Assembly: GCA_045106895.1 (NCBI GenBank)
Contig: JBGCFM010000194.1
Coordinates: forward strand, 1 to 48,148
Direction: 5' to 3'
From: Polyangiales bacterium
Lineage (GTDB): Bacteria > Myxococcota_A > Polyangia > Polyangiales > Houyiibacteriaceae
DNA length: 48,148 nucleotides
Both the position numbers and the translations under genes were made by a program. Of this stretch, positions 28,186-39,100 are shown piece by piece. The stretch's first letter is position 1, and every line of letters begins with the position of its first letter. The notes under the pieces were generated by a model. It saw only the letters and a program-made list of their open reading frames with translations, made no database searches and was not told the origin of the DNA.

Positions 28186-28962
28186 ATGCGGCGCATCGCT
28201 TATGCACTGGTCTGTGGACTCCTCCTCATGCTTTGTCCGAACGCGGCCTTCGCCGACGACGCGGAGGACGCGCGTGCGATGTTCTCCGTTGGAATCCTCG
28301 CGCTGGAGCAAGGCGACAACACCGCCGCCCATGCTGCTTTTGTGCGCTCCCTTGAGCTTCACCCCACCAGCGCCGCGGCTTTTAACCTCGCCGGCGTCCT
28401 GAGCGATCTCGATCGGCCTGCGGAATCCCACGCTCTGTACGAAGAACTGGCGCGCGGTGTCTACGGAGAACTCACTCCGGAACAGCAAGCGGAGGTGGTC
28501 CGCCTGAGCGCCGAGGTGGAGTCAGCTTTGGCTCATATCGAGGTGAGCGTCGTCGCCACGGGCTCGGTGAACGTCACCATCGGCGAATACAGCGGAGTGG
28601 CCACCGAAGGCTCGCCCTTCGTACAAGCCGTCAACCCTGGCGAACACGTCGTGCGTGGCACCGCGGAAGGCGCGCTCCCCACGGAGCGGCGAGTGAACGT
28701 GGACGCTGGGGGAGTCGGCCGGACCTTGCTTCGCTTCGAGATGGCGCCGCCGCCGGTCGTCGCCGTCGAGCTTGAGGAAGAAGTGGGCCCCGAGGAGACC
28801 GGCGAGACGTCCGAAGCGGGCGGCGGCGGGAAAGCATGGCTCTGGGTCGTCCTTGGCGTTGTCGCCGCGGGAGGCATCGCCACCGCCGTCGTTCTCGCCA
28901 CTCGAGACAGCACCACGCCGGAGAACGTCCTTCCGGCAACCGGCACGCTGCTCTCGTTTTAG
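28186..28962 (+). CDS. TPR + PEGA-like domain membrane protein
   Basis: Signal peptide; TPR-like helices (AFVRSLELHP..AAFNLA); VNPGEHVVR PEGA-like segment; C-terminal hydrophobic WLWVVLGVVAAGG. Confidence 0.8.
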   Translation: MRRIAYALVCGLLLMLCPNAAFADDAEDARAMFSVGILALEQGDNTAAHAAFVRSLELHPTSAAAFNLAGVLSDLDRPAESHALYEELARGVYGELTPEQQAEVVRLSAEVESALAHIEVSVVATGSVNVTIGEYSGVATEGSPFVQAVNPGEHVVRGTAEGALPTERRVNVDAGGVGRTLLRFEMAPPPVVAVELEEEVGPEETGETSEAGGGGKAWLWVVLGVVAAGGIATAVVLATRDSTTPENVLPATGTLLSF

Positions 28963-28993
28963 TGCGCCGCGTAAAGCCGCGTTCGAAAAGCCG

Positions 28994-30589
28994 CTACTCC
29001 GATGCAGCGGGGCGAACGCCCACGGGCGCTCCGTCGATGAGCTCCGCGGCTCCGCTCCCAGAGCTCAGCGCCGCGTCGCACTCAGCGCTCGTGAAGGCCG
29101 GGTCGATGTCCGTCCAGACCGTGCCGTCCGGCGTTGTATCCGGGGAAGCTCCACCTGCGTTCATCCAGAATAGATTCTGAAAGTCCTCCGGCTCCGACTC
29201 CTCGTCCACTTGGCGGCCGAGTCCCACGCCTCCGCTATAGGCGAAGATATTGAACGCGACGGTCCAGTCGTTGGAGAAGTCCGCGAGAAGAAGTCCGTCT
29301 CCGCCGTTTCGGAGCAGCGTGTTGTGCTCGAAGCGACCGCTCTGGCAATCCGAGATGTCGACGCCTTGCTCTGCGGAGCCACAGATGAGGTTGTCCTCGA
29401 CGACGACGTTGTCCGCGTCGGCGATTCGCATTCCTTGTAGCCCGCTCCCCGTCACGATGTTTCGCGCGATGCGGTTGTCGCCGTTGAACATCAGGAGTCC
29501 GTAGCCGTTGTTGTCGCTGACGACGTTGTCCTCGATGGTCATGTCGGTCCCCGTGATGGCGATACCGTGCGTCGGCTCGCCTTCGGTGCCGACGCCCTGG
29601 TTGTCCCGCACCACGTTCCCAATAACGCGAACATCGGAAGCCTGATTCGTGACGACGATACCCGCGGCTTGGCTTCCGAAGGGGACCTCCTCGAGGACCG
29701 TGCCGCTCACCACGCAGTCGAGGACGGCGGCGTCTTGGACCGAGCGCCCATGAAGGAGGATGCCCTGGTAGAGGCCGCGAGTAACCTCGAGCCCAGACAG
29801 CACGAAGTGGCTCGCGGAGTCCGCAGAGCAACACGTGACGATGCCCACTCGCTCGCCGTTGCCATCAAAGACAGGACGACCTGTGCCGGGCCAGGCCTGG
29901 ATGACGAGGGGCGTCTGGGAGGTGCCGGAATTTTCAGGTCCGAGGAAGATCCCTGAGTACGTCGAGCCACCGGCGACGTTCATCGTGCCACCCGTGCGGC
30001 CAGCGAGGTACTCGTCGAGGACATAGGAGGGATCTGCGCAGGGCGCTTCAGGACCAAAACACGCGGCCGGATCATCTGTTCCTCGCGCCGCATCCACGTA
30101 CACCGTCAGCGGGCACACATTGGATTGCGGCAAGGTCTCGTCGCCGGGGGCTTGTGGGTCAAAGCAAGCGTCGACGCACTCCGGGGTGCCTCCGTCGTCG
30201 CGACAGGTCTCTCGGCCACTGCACGTGGTCTCGGCGCAGCTCGATGCAAAGCGTGCGCGAAGAACGCGGCTCTCCCCATCGACGTAAGCGCCGATGACGC
30301 GCTGCGTTCCGAGACTCACTCCGCCGGCGCCGAGGAGCTCCATCACCACGTGGTAGCTTCGCTCTCCCTCACCGCTCGGAAAGAGCGGCACGGTGATGAC
30401 TTCGCCGGAGGGCACATCCGCGCTCAGCTCCGCGGCGAGCGCGCGCTCCGTGTCGAAGATACGTACGCGCAAGCTCTCAGCGGCAAGCGTTTCGTCCACT
30501 TCGACGAGAACGCGAACCTCTGTTTCGCGGCCATCCTCCCCACCGCCGCAGGCAGCGAGGATCGCCATGGCGAGAGCAAGCAGACGCAT
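28994..30589 (-). CDS. Lipoprotein with right-handed parallel beta-helix domain
   Basis: LAAC lipobox; YVDA..GTD, AWPG..PVFDG and repeated IxxNxIxxN / GI motifs. Confidence 0.85.
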   Translation of the reverse strand: MRLLALAMAILAACGGGEDGRETEVRVLVEVDETLAAESLRVRIFDTERALAAELSADVPSGEVITVPLFPSGEGERSYHVVMELLGAGGVSLGTQRVIGAYVDGESRVLRARFASSCAETTCSGRETCRDDGGTPECVDACFDPQAPGDETLPQSNVCPLTVYVDAARGTDDPAACFGPEAPCADPSYVLDEYLAGRTGGTMNVAGGSTYSGIFLGPENSGTSQTPLVIQAWPGTGRPVFDGNGERVGIVTCCSADSASHFVLSGLEVTRGLYQGILLHGRSVQDAAVLDCVVSGTVLEEVPFGSQAAGIVVTNQASDVRVIGNVVRDNQGVGTEGEPTHGIAITGTDMTIEDNVVSDNNGYGLLMFNGDNRIARNIVTGSGLQGMRIADADNVVVEDNLICGSAEQGVDISDCQSGRFEHNTLLRNGGDGLLLADFSNDWTVAFNIFAYSGGVGLGRQVDEESEPEDFQNLFWMNAGGASPDTTPDGTVWTDIDPAFTSAECDAALSSGSGAAELIDGAPVGVRPAASE

Positions 30590-30646
30590 AACGCCACTAT
30601 ACTTGGGAAGTCTCAGAGGTCACGCCGCCGCATCAATGAGCAGCCC

Positions 30647-32308
30647 TCAAAGGCCTCGATCGACGAGCCCAAGGAACTCTTCGAGATTCGTGTAGCCATC
30701 GCCGTCCGCGTCATCGGCGTCGTCGGCGAGGTCCGGGTCAAATCCGTTCGCGCTCTCCCAGGCATCCGGCATGCCGTCGCCGTCGCGGTCTGGGTACGGC
30801 TCGCTCGACGGAATCTCCGGGTAAACGAAGCCCGATGGGTCCGTCGGATAGCCGTAGACGGTCTCGACGCCCGCTCGGTACTCGGCGATGAGGAGCTCAT
30901 CGACGGAGTCACGAAACACCTGGATGTTGCCGTTCTCATCGAGAGTCCGGAAAGCGCCCACCTCGTCGGGCAGGTTCTCGCGAATGTCTTCGATGGTGCG
31001 GATCGGGATCGCCGCGCCGAGCATGGGAAACGGAGTCATCACTCGGTTTGACGGCGGCGCCGGGTTGGACTCCCCGGGGAACGTCGTCCAGGAGATCCAG
31101 TTGTCCGCGTCCGCTTCGGTCAGGAAGTCGGAGATGTAGTTGCCCGCCGTGTAGATGCGCGCGCGCTCTGTTCCCTCGGTGCCTGTGTGAACCTTGTTCG
31201 ACGTCGACGCCCGATCGCTGGTGTGGGGCCCCGCGATGGACGCGTTGTTGATGTGATTGACCTGCGCGCCGTTGTGGACGTTCACGAGTCGAAACGCGTG
31301 ATTGTAGTTGAGGTTGTTGATGACCTCGGCGCGTACGTCGCCGGCGATGTTGGGCGTTCGGTGCGTCAGCTGCGAGAGGAAGTTGCTGTGGAAGCTCACG
31401 GACTGGTCCGTGTCGCCGTCGGTGATGCGTCCAAGGATCGTGCTCGCGTTGCCAAGACCGATGAGGTTGTACTGGACCGAAGAGCGAGACTCTCCGTCCA
31501 TCTGGCGCGGGCCCATGTTGAGCGACTCATTGCTGCCGTAGGCCACGGACATATGGTCGAAGATGATGTCGTCGGAGCCATCGAGGGCAACGGCGGGAAA
31601 GCCAAACTCCCCCTCCACGTTCGACTTGCGGACTCGAATGTAGCGCCAGATCATGTTGCTCGCGCCGCCGCCGTAGATGAAGCCGACGATGGTGACGCCG
31701 CCAAAAGGCGCCGTTTGCCCGGCCACGGTGACGTTGCTGATTTCGTCACCGGAGACGTAGAGCATCGTCGGGAACTGCACGTCTCGGTCCACGAGGCCGT
31801 CGCCTGTGGTGTCGCCGATGATGATATTGCCCCTCACGCGAAAGATAATCGTGCGCGGAAACTCGCGCGTCAGGGCGTATCGAAGCGTGCCCTCGACGGG
31901 TTCATCGCCGTCAAAGGCGTCGTCGAGCCGCGTCACAGGAACCACCTGGCCGCCGCGGCCACCGGTGATCACTGAGCCCGCGCCGTACGCGCCGGGAAAC
32001 GCTTTGAGCTCTTCGGAGATGCCCGCGTCGAAGACATCTGGACCCGCGTCCTGGCTCACAGGCGCGTCGACTCCTGCGTCGCTGAGCCCACCATCCGAGC
32101 GTCCGCCATCCACTCCCTCGCACAGGCACGGTCCATACGCCGCGCCGCTGGCCTCGCAGATCTGAACGCCCTCACAGCGACCCGAGCCGAGACAAGGCTG
32201 CGTGGTCCCGGGGACACAAACGGCGGCGTCGTCATCTCCGCAGGCGGGTAGACACAGCAGCGAAACTCCAAGGGCGATGACATACGTAATACGGCTGAGA
32301 TCGGGCAT
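30647..32308 (-). CDS. Pectate lyase (PL1-like) lipoprotein with C-terminal TSP3-like repeat
   Basis: LPACGDD lipobox; KAFPGAYGAG..TGGRGG, GTLRYAL, GQTAP, IIFDH, HRTP and DRDGDGMPDAWE motifs. Confidence 0.87.
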   Translation of the reverse strand: MPDLSRITYVIALGVSLLCLPACGDDDAAVCVPGTTQPCLGSGRCEGVQICEASGAAYGPCLCEGVDGGRSDGGLSDAGVDAPVSQDAGPDVFDAGISEELKAFPGAYGAGSVITGGRGGQVVPVTRLDDAFDGDEPVEGTLRYALTREFPRTIIFRVRGNIIIGDTTGDGLVDRDVQFPTMLYVSGDEISNVTVAGQTAPFGGVTIVGFIYGGGASNMIWRYIRVRKSNVEGEFGFPAVALDGSDDIIFDHMSVAYGSNESLNMGPRQMDGESRSSVQYNLIGLGNASTILGRITDGDTDQSVSFHSNFLSQLTHRTPNIAGDVRAEVINNLNYNHAFRLVNVHNGAQVNHINNASIAGPHTSDRASTSNKVHTGTEGTERARIYTAGNYISDFLTEADADNWISWTTFPGESNPAPPSNRVMTPFPMLGAAIPIRTIEDIRENLPDEVGAFRTLDENGNIQVFRDSVDELLIAEYRAGVETVYGYPTDPSGFVYPEIPSSEPYPDRDGDGMPDAWESANGFDPDLADDADDADGDGYTNLEEFLGLVDRGL

Positions 32309-32371
32309 GCACCAAGGCTAGCTCGCGCACGTGGACGCTTCCCTAACGCAAGCTGCGCGGATGCTTTGGGC

Positions 32372-33751
32372 TCACAGCCGATATACGACGCGCCGCTCTT
32401 CTTCCTCAGGCGACGGCTCCATGCCGAAGAGTTCAGCCCAGCTCCCAGACGTGCGGGTGAGAACGAGGGTTCCATCGCGGCGAATCTCCGCCTCCGCCTC
32501 GGAGAAGTCCTCGACGCCGACGCGTTCGTGAGCCTGTCTTTGCGTGCTGTAGCGAGTCGGCACCCGAAGTGAGCAACGCGCCTCGCGCCCGCGCCGGCAA
32601 ACGAGCAAGTGTCTTCTCCTCGTGGAGACCGCGTCAGTCGTGTGCTCCTCGAACTCGACGCCGTAGTAGCGGCCTGCGCCACGCACGTAGCGAACGAAGC
32701 GCAACTCGCTGGGCTGTGGGTAAGGCTCGCTCATCCGGGAGATCAAACGAATCGTCGCGGCCCGCCGCTCGGCGAGAAACGTAGGACCCGCTTCGTCGTC
32801 ACGGCGAGTGCGCACGATAGAGAGGTTTCGAGTGATGCTTTCGTTGGAGCACGCGGTGATGTCGAGGAGGCTGGACCGGGCATCGTCACAGAGCGCCTGG
32901 AAATCCGCGTGTCTTTCGAGGGACACAGGATAGCGGTGGCCGCGAGGTCTGTCGTCGCATCGGTCTCGCCACTCATCTTCATGAGTCGCGCGGCACACTC
33001 CTTCGATGAAGGGCGGCGGCTCGGGGAGCGGGGGTGGGGGCGCAAAACGGTACACGCTTCGTTCTTCTGTCGTCCTATCTTCAGTCCGCGTTGCGGTCAC
33101 GTAGACCAGTCCGTCTTCGCTCACCTCCACCTGAGCGCGGGGCGCCAGGACACGTGCGACGTGACGTGTGCGCCACCACGAAGACTCCAAGCGGCGACCG
33201 GTCGCTGGTCCGCTCGTGCACGTACGCCAGGTCATGATGTCCATTTCGCAGTCGTCTACGGCATCCGAGTCGCCACAGATACGCAGATGCTCGCGCTCAC
33301 ATTCCTCATACCCGTTTTGGTAGTACTCGCCGGAACGAAACTGCAGCCGGAGAAACACGAACGGCTGCCCGTTCACCGTACGACGACGAATACCGAGGAT
33401 GCTAACTTCGGTAGGGTGGTTCGCTTGACTTGGTCCTGACTCGAGTGTCCCGATGTAGCGATAGCGACCAGCGACATGCGCGAAGAGGTGCAACTCAAGC
33501 CACGCGCCCATCGCGAGCCGCACCACCACATGCTCCGCGTTTCGTGTCGTCACCGAGCAGGTTGCGTGGTGTGATTCGTCCTCATCCAAGTAGCGCGCCG
33601 CACCTCGGCAAAGCTCCTCAAACGAAACCTCGCCCGCGGGTGGCCACGTCACCTCACTCGGCGTCGCATCAAACTCCATGCGCTGCGCCGCCGCGGGAGC
33701 GGCGAAGGCAAAGAGTGCGCAGATCGCGAAGAAGAAACGTGGCACTCGCAC
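32372..33751 (-). CDS. Secreted hypothetical protein with internal duplication
   Basis: Signal peptide ending AAAQ; two similar Cys-containing halves separated by a poly-Pro linker. Confidence 0.7.
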   Translation of the reverse strand: MRVPRFFFAICALFAFAAPAAAQRMEFDATPSEVTWPPAGEVSFEELCRGAARYLDEDESHHATCSVTTRNAEHVVVRLAMGAWLELHLFAHVAGRYRYIGTLESGPSQANHPTEVSILGIRRRTVNGQPFVFLRLQFRSGEYYQNGYEECEREHLRICGDSDAVDDCEMDIMTWRTCTSGPATGRRLESSWWRTRHVARVLAPRAQVEVSEDGLVYVTATRTEDRTTEERSVYRFAPPPPLPEPPPFIEGVCRATHEDEWRDRCDDRPRGHRYPVSLERHADFQALCDDARSSLLDITACSNESITRNLSIVRTRRDDEAGPTFLAERRAATIRLISRMSEPYPQPSELRFVRYVRGAGRYYGVEFEEHTTDAVSTRRRHLLVCRRGREARCSLRVPTRYSTQRQAHERVGVEDFSEAEAEIRRDGTLVLTRTSGSWAELFGMEPSPEEEERRVVYRL

Positions 33752-33783
33752 CCAACAAGCGCGCGAACCCCACTCATTCCCGA

Positions 33784-34407
33784 CTAAAAACTAAGACCGC
33801 TCGTCTGCAGACGCCCGTCGATCTGACACACACTCCCGTCGCTGGGGTTCTGCAAGGTCACGCCGCTAAAGGTGACGTCGATCATGCCGGCGCTCTCGTC
33901 GTAGTTGTCGACGCTGAGCGTGCCGCCGATAGGGTCGGCGACCTCGCCGCTGAGCACGCCGGCGGAGTCCATGGCGATGTTCGTCCAGGTGGTGCCGCTC
34001 ACCACGTTGATGACGGCGCCGGTATCGACGCGATGCTGAGTTCCAAGGGCGACGCTCCCGCGCTGGTCTTGGAGGGCGAGCTGAATGCTGCCGAAGGAGC
34101 CCGCGCCCGTCGAAGAGATGGCGATGGACTCGGCGTTTCGCACGACGACAACGTCGCCGCTCAGGTCGGGTGCGCAGCCAGCGAAGCTTAGCTCCACCAT
34201 CGCCAAAGAAGGCACGTCGGCGCCAGGAAGCGCGGCGTCATCCGAGCCAGCGTCAGTCGTCCCCGCGTCAGCTGTGCTCGCGTCCGCAGGACCCGCGTCG
34301 GTACCTCCGCCGTCCGAAACCGCGACGTCGGAGGTTGAGGCGTCCGTCGCGACGCGGTCGTCATCGCCGCACGCGGCAAGGAGAAAGAGAAGGCAAAGAC
34401 GTTTCAT
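33784..34407 (-). CDS. Hypothetical lipoprotein
   Basis: MKRLCLLFLLAACGDDD; DAG linker; small beta domain. Confidence 0.8.
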   Translation of the reverse strand: MKRLCLLFLLAACGDDDRVATDASTSDVAVSDGGGTDAGPADASTADAGTTDAGSDDAALPGADVPSLAMVELSFAGCAPDLSGDVVVVRNAESIAISSTGAGSFGSIQLALQDQRGSVALGTQHRVDTGAVINVVSGTTWTNIAMDSAGVLSGEVADPIGGTLSVDNYDESAGMIDVTFSGVTLQNPSDGSVCQIDGRLQTSGLSF

Positions 34408-34483
34408 CGCCGGACCCTAGCAGACCGAAAGCCGGCGAAATAAGTGCAAGCGCGCAGCAGCACGCCCACTACGATGCGCACCC

Positions 34484-35206
34484 ATGGACACCCTCGACCA
34501 TATTCGCGTCGTCCTCGTCGAACCAGAGCACCCCGGAAACATCGGTGCCGCGGCGCGCGCCATGGCGAACATGGGGCTTCGACACCTGGTCCTCGTCGCG
34601 CCCAATGATTTTCCCAGCTACGAGGCGAACGCCCGCGCGTCTGGGGCGCCGACGCTCCAGCATGCACGCGTCGTCGACACGCTGGACGAAGCCCTCTCGG
34701 ACTGCACATTGGTCATCGCCGCGAGCGCCCGCGTTCGCACCGTGGCCTGGCCGCAGAAGAGCGCCGCGGGCGCCATGGGAACGCTCATTGAGCATCCCGG
34801 TCCATGCGCCCTGGTCTTTGGCCGGGAGAGCACGGGGCTGACCAACGAAGAGCTCGACCGCTGCCACTTTCAGACGCGCATCCCCGTGGACGAGGCCTTC
34901 ACGTCCATGAACCTCGGGAGCGCCGTGGGCGTTCTTCTCTACGAGATGCGCCGGCAAGCCCTCGCTGGCGAGCCGGCCTCCCCTCCCGCGGAGATCGAGG
35001 AATCCGATGAACCCGCGACCTCATCCGACATGCGTCACTTCTACGAGCACCTCGGGAAAGTCCTCGACCGTTCGGACCCCGGCGGCCGCTTCAACAATCG
35101 ACTTCGCATCATGACGCGCATCTTCAATCGCGCGTCCGTGACGAGCTCCGAGGTTCGGCTGCTTCGAGGCGTTCTCTCCTCCATCGACTCCAAGCTCGAG
35201 GACTGA
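34484..35206 (+). CDS. trmJ: tRNA 2'-O-methyltransferase TrmJ/LasT (SPOUT family)
   Basis: VVLVEPEHPGNIGAAARAMANMG, ALVFGRESTGLTNEEL and SMNLGSAV motifs. Confidence 0.9.
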   Translation: MDTLDHIRVVLVEPEHPGNIGAAARAMANMGLRHLVLVAPNDFPSYEANARASGAPTLQHARVVDTLDEALSDCTLVIAASARVRTVAWPQKSAAGAMGTLIEHPGPCALVFGRESTGLTNEELDRCHFQTRIPVDEAFTSMNLGSAVGVLLYEMRRQALAGEPASPPAEIEESDEPATSSDMRHFYEHLGKVLDRSDPGGRFNNRLRIMTRIFNRASVTSSEVRLLRGVLSSIDSKLED

Positions 35207-35364
35207 TCCACGCGGCAGTACCCGACGTGTCGGATGAACGAAGAACACCCGACACTCGGTGTACACTCATCGTGTGTTTGAGCGCGAGTTGACGCGAGTT
35301 CGGGCCCGGCACAGCCCTTGCTATGTGACGCCCCCATGAGACCTTTGCCCTTGGAGCAGGAGTG

Positions 35365-36039
35365 ATGAACCCAGGTTGGTACTATTGTCAGGGCGATCCG
35401 CCGAACACCTTTCGCTACTGGAACGGGACGCAATGGGTCGGTGCGCCTCAGTACTCGGCCCCCGCGCAGCCCCACGCCGTGCAGTCTTCGGACATCACGC
35501 TCCCAGGTATCGGAACGCTCGCCGATCCGGGCCTGCGCCTCGTCGCTCGCCTCATCGACATCGTGATCCTCGGCTGCGCCAGCTACGCGATCAACAGCCT
35601 CATCGGCATATTCGCCGCGGACCGCGCGATCGATGGGATCTACACAAACGGATTCGGCGGCGTCGTCGACGCCTTCAACACCTTCGGCGTCATGATGGTC
35701 GTCAGCATCGTCGTCGCCGTTCTTTTGACGCTCGCTTACGAAGTGGGCTTCACCATGCATTTCGGAGCGACACCTGGAAAGCTCATGTTCGGCTTCCGCG
35801 TCGTCGATGAGCGAGGCAAGACGCCCCTCGATTGGCAGCCCGCGCTCGTGCGGTGGATCCTCTTTGGCATGCTCATCCTCGTCGCCCGTATGCCCATCGT
35901 CGGGTTCATCGGAGCGCTCGGGCTCTTGGTCTTGAGCATCTTGGGGCTCGTTCTCATCCTCACCTCGCCAAAGCGACAGGCTCCGTGGGATGTGCTGGCC
36001 AAGACCTACGTCGTGGCCAAGAACACGAACGCTTCATAG
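35365..36039 (+). CDS. RDD family membrane protein with N-terminal DUF2510-like motif
   Basis: PGWY...RYWNGTQW; RLVARLID, GATPGK and WDVLAKTYVV motifs; AGGAG RBS. Confidence 0.85.
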   Translation: MNPGWYYCQGDPPNTFRYWNGTQWVGAPQYSAPAQPHAVQSSDITLPGIGTLADPGLRLVARLIDIVILGCASYAINSLIGIFAADRAIDGIYTNGFGGVVDAFNTFGVMMVVSIVVAVLLTLAYEVGFTMHFGATPGKLMFGFRVVDERGKTPLDWQPALVRWILFGMLILVARMPIVGFIGALGLLVLSILGLVLILTSPKRQAPWDVLAKTYVVAKNTNAS

Positions 36040-36120
36040 CGCCACTCCACACGCACGAACGCCACCGCACTCAAAGCGCGATGGCGTCGTGACGTTACTC
36101 TTGATGAGCGAGCGCTGAGC

Positions 36121-39100
36121 CTACTGAACGGTTCCGGCGTAGCCGACGGTCTGGGTGTAGGCGACGGGCGCTGGGAGGGCGCGAACGAACTCGCCCACGG
36201 ATGCGCCGCTGCTTCCGGTGCCGCCGCCGCTGAGCTGAGCCACAAGCTCGAAGGCTGGCGGGCTCGCTGCGTCGACGCGGAAGGTCTGACGGCTGCCGAT
36301 GTAGGGATCGGTCTCCGTCACGTTACGACCATCGATGCAGGTAGGTCGCTGCGTGACCGCGACACCCATGACGATCTGGTTGAGGAGCGCAGCGTCGTCG
36401 CTGTCGTCGATGTTGGTGCGGTCGAAGACGCCGGACCCCGGTGTGCTCTCAAGGGCAGGCATCGGTCCGCCGGAGCCGTTGTCGTTGAGGTACTCGAGGC
36501 CCCAGATGCGGCTGAAGCCGACCTGACATGCGTCCAAGCTGTTCGACGTGGAGGAGAAGGTACCGAAGTAGACGTTGCCCTGGAACAGGTCGACGGGGCC
36601 CGTCACCTGCTCACCTGCGTCGAGGGTGACGTTCCAGTTGAGAACGCCAGTCACGCTCTCGACAATGCCGGTCGTGCTGTTGCGAATGATCTCTTCGCGA
36701 ACCGAGACGACGCGGTTTCGCACCGTGTAGTTCTCAAGACGGTCGATGTCGCCGCTGCCCTGAATCACAACGACGTCTCCGTCGGTGTCCGTGGTGAGAA
36801 TCGGCGAAGGGTACGCAGGCTGACCCGCGTCGTAGGCCATTCCCTGGAACATGTCGTGGAAGGACTGAAGCTGCCACTGAAGTGGGTCGCTGTTGGAGAG
36901 GTCGATGCGCCAGATGACCCCGTCCGCATCCGTCACGAACGCGCGGGTCGCGGCGGTTCCGGTCTCACCGAGGAAGACCGACACGCCGCCGTTGACGGGA
37001 GCTGGAAGCGAAGTGGAATCCCACCGGCGAATGACTCGGCCAGACGCTGCGTCGAGGATGACGATTCCGCGACCCTGTGTGTTCCAGCAGCGACGGGAGC
37101 TTCGGCCGCCCACGGGGATAGACGCCCGACCACTCGCGGGGGCTTGGGCGGTGGCATCGCAGGAACCGGTGCTGCTGAGGGAACCATGTCCACCGGGAAG
37201 AATCACGATGCCGCGTTCATGAACTCGGCCGGCCATGTCGACGAGGACCTGGCCCATGGCCGCCTGACCGTAGGTGTTGCCGAAGAGCGAGTCCGTGTAC
37301 TGCCACAGGAAGTCAGGGTTGACGGGGTCAGTGACGTCCATGGCCACGAAGCCGTTGCCGCCGGCGCGCATGCCGTTGACCAAGACCGTGTGGTACTCGT
37401 CGCCGCCGTCATCTGCGGAGGGGTCACGAGCGAAGAAGATGTCGCGCACGAGGGGCGTGCCATCGACCATCCACTGCTGGGAGTCGAGCGCTCCGTCGAG
37501 GGTTCGAAGGAGCATCGGAGGGATAAAGCCCCAGAGCTCTTCGCCTGCGCTAAGGCTCTGTCCTGCCCGAGGATGCCCGATTGGGAAAGTGTGATCCTGG
37601 CCGACGAAGCCATGGAGGATGCCGTCGTTACTACCGACGTAGACCATCGTTGGTCGACCCGAGACCTCCGGGCGCTGCCGGAAGAGGTTGAAGCCTTCAT
37701 CAAGGATGTCGGTGGAAGGCGGGGCAACAACGACAGGCGACGAGTGGTAGATGGAACCGAGTCGGTTGCCTTCACGCTCGGTTCCGGCGAAGCCGTGGAC
37801 CCACTCGATAACCTCTTCACGACGGTCGGTGCTGGCGACTCCAAGGAGCTGAGCGGTGACACTGAGGTTGTCGAGGCGGAACGGCGTCAGCTCAAGCCCA
37901 CTCTGGGAGATTCCCGTGGTGTTGGGAGGGAGCGGGAGGCCGTCGGCGGTGACAGTGGTCTCCGCCGTGCCGACGAGACGCTGTCCGTACTCTGCGGCCG
38001 TCGAAGGGACAACCGTGAGGAGACGACGCGCGTAACCGTTCGAATCGATGGTGCCCGTCTGGCTGTTCAGCTGAACGTGGAAACGGTCTCGGTCTTCGAT
38101 GGGGCGGGGCGTTGGGGTGAGGCCGTCGCATTCGATTCGTCGTCGCTCAAGAACGCCGGACCATGGAGTGCCAGCTTCCGTGGTGAGGTTGAAGCCCGTG
38201 TTGAACTGAAGCTGACCCGCGGTCCCAGCGGCACCGCCGGCGGCGCCAAAAGCTGGAACGGTTCGCGTCGTCGTGCCGGGTGCGGCAGCGTCCATGATCA
38301 AGGTGAGCGCCTCGATGAGCGTCGCGCGGTCGTCCGCGAAGATCGCCTCGGTGGTGCCTCCGGCGGCGGCCAGATCGTTGAGCGTCGCCACGGTCTCGGC
38401 GGCGGTGGCGCGGCAATCGGCGTCTCCATCGGGGCAGTTGTCGCCGGAGACGTTGAAGCCAACCACGAAGAGGCCATCAAGGGTGTCGTCCTCCACAACC
38501 ATCCGGTTGGCGAGCTCGATGGGGGTGTCGTAAGGACAGCCGCCTGAACCAACGGGCTGGCCAAGGGCGTCGCAGTTGAAGGGGTCACCGCGCATGTCCG
38601 AAGTCGGCTGTCCATCCGTCAGAAGGATCGCGTAGCGACTGCGACACCCGTTGAAGGGGTCACCGGTCAGCCCGATGCTGGAGATGCGTCGCGTGTCGGG
38701 GTGCATCGTGAAGTAGTGCTCGACGTCGGAGAGCATACCGGCGATGGGGGTGGAGCCATACGGCCGCATTCCTCTCGAGAGAAGCGCGCCCTGTACGTCA
38801 CTGTTGACCGTGGCGATGGGGTCTACGCCTTCTTGTCCAACGGAGACAAGACGGCCCGCGGCGGCGTTCTCATTTCGTGCGCCGTTATCGATCATGTAGG
38901 GCGTGCCGCAGTCTGGGAATGAGAAGGGTCGTGGACCGCCGTAGGAGTATCCGCCTTGGCTTCCTTCGTTCTGCGTGGTGCCGCGTGCGTCGAAGTCGAT
39001 CTCCGTCATGAGCTCACCGGCGCCGGCAAAGGTGCTGATGGCGTCGAAGGTCATCAGACCGAACTTGGCGCGGTCACGATAGACATCGAGGATTCCGTCG

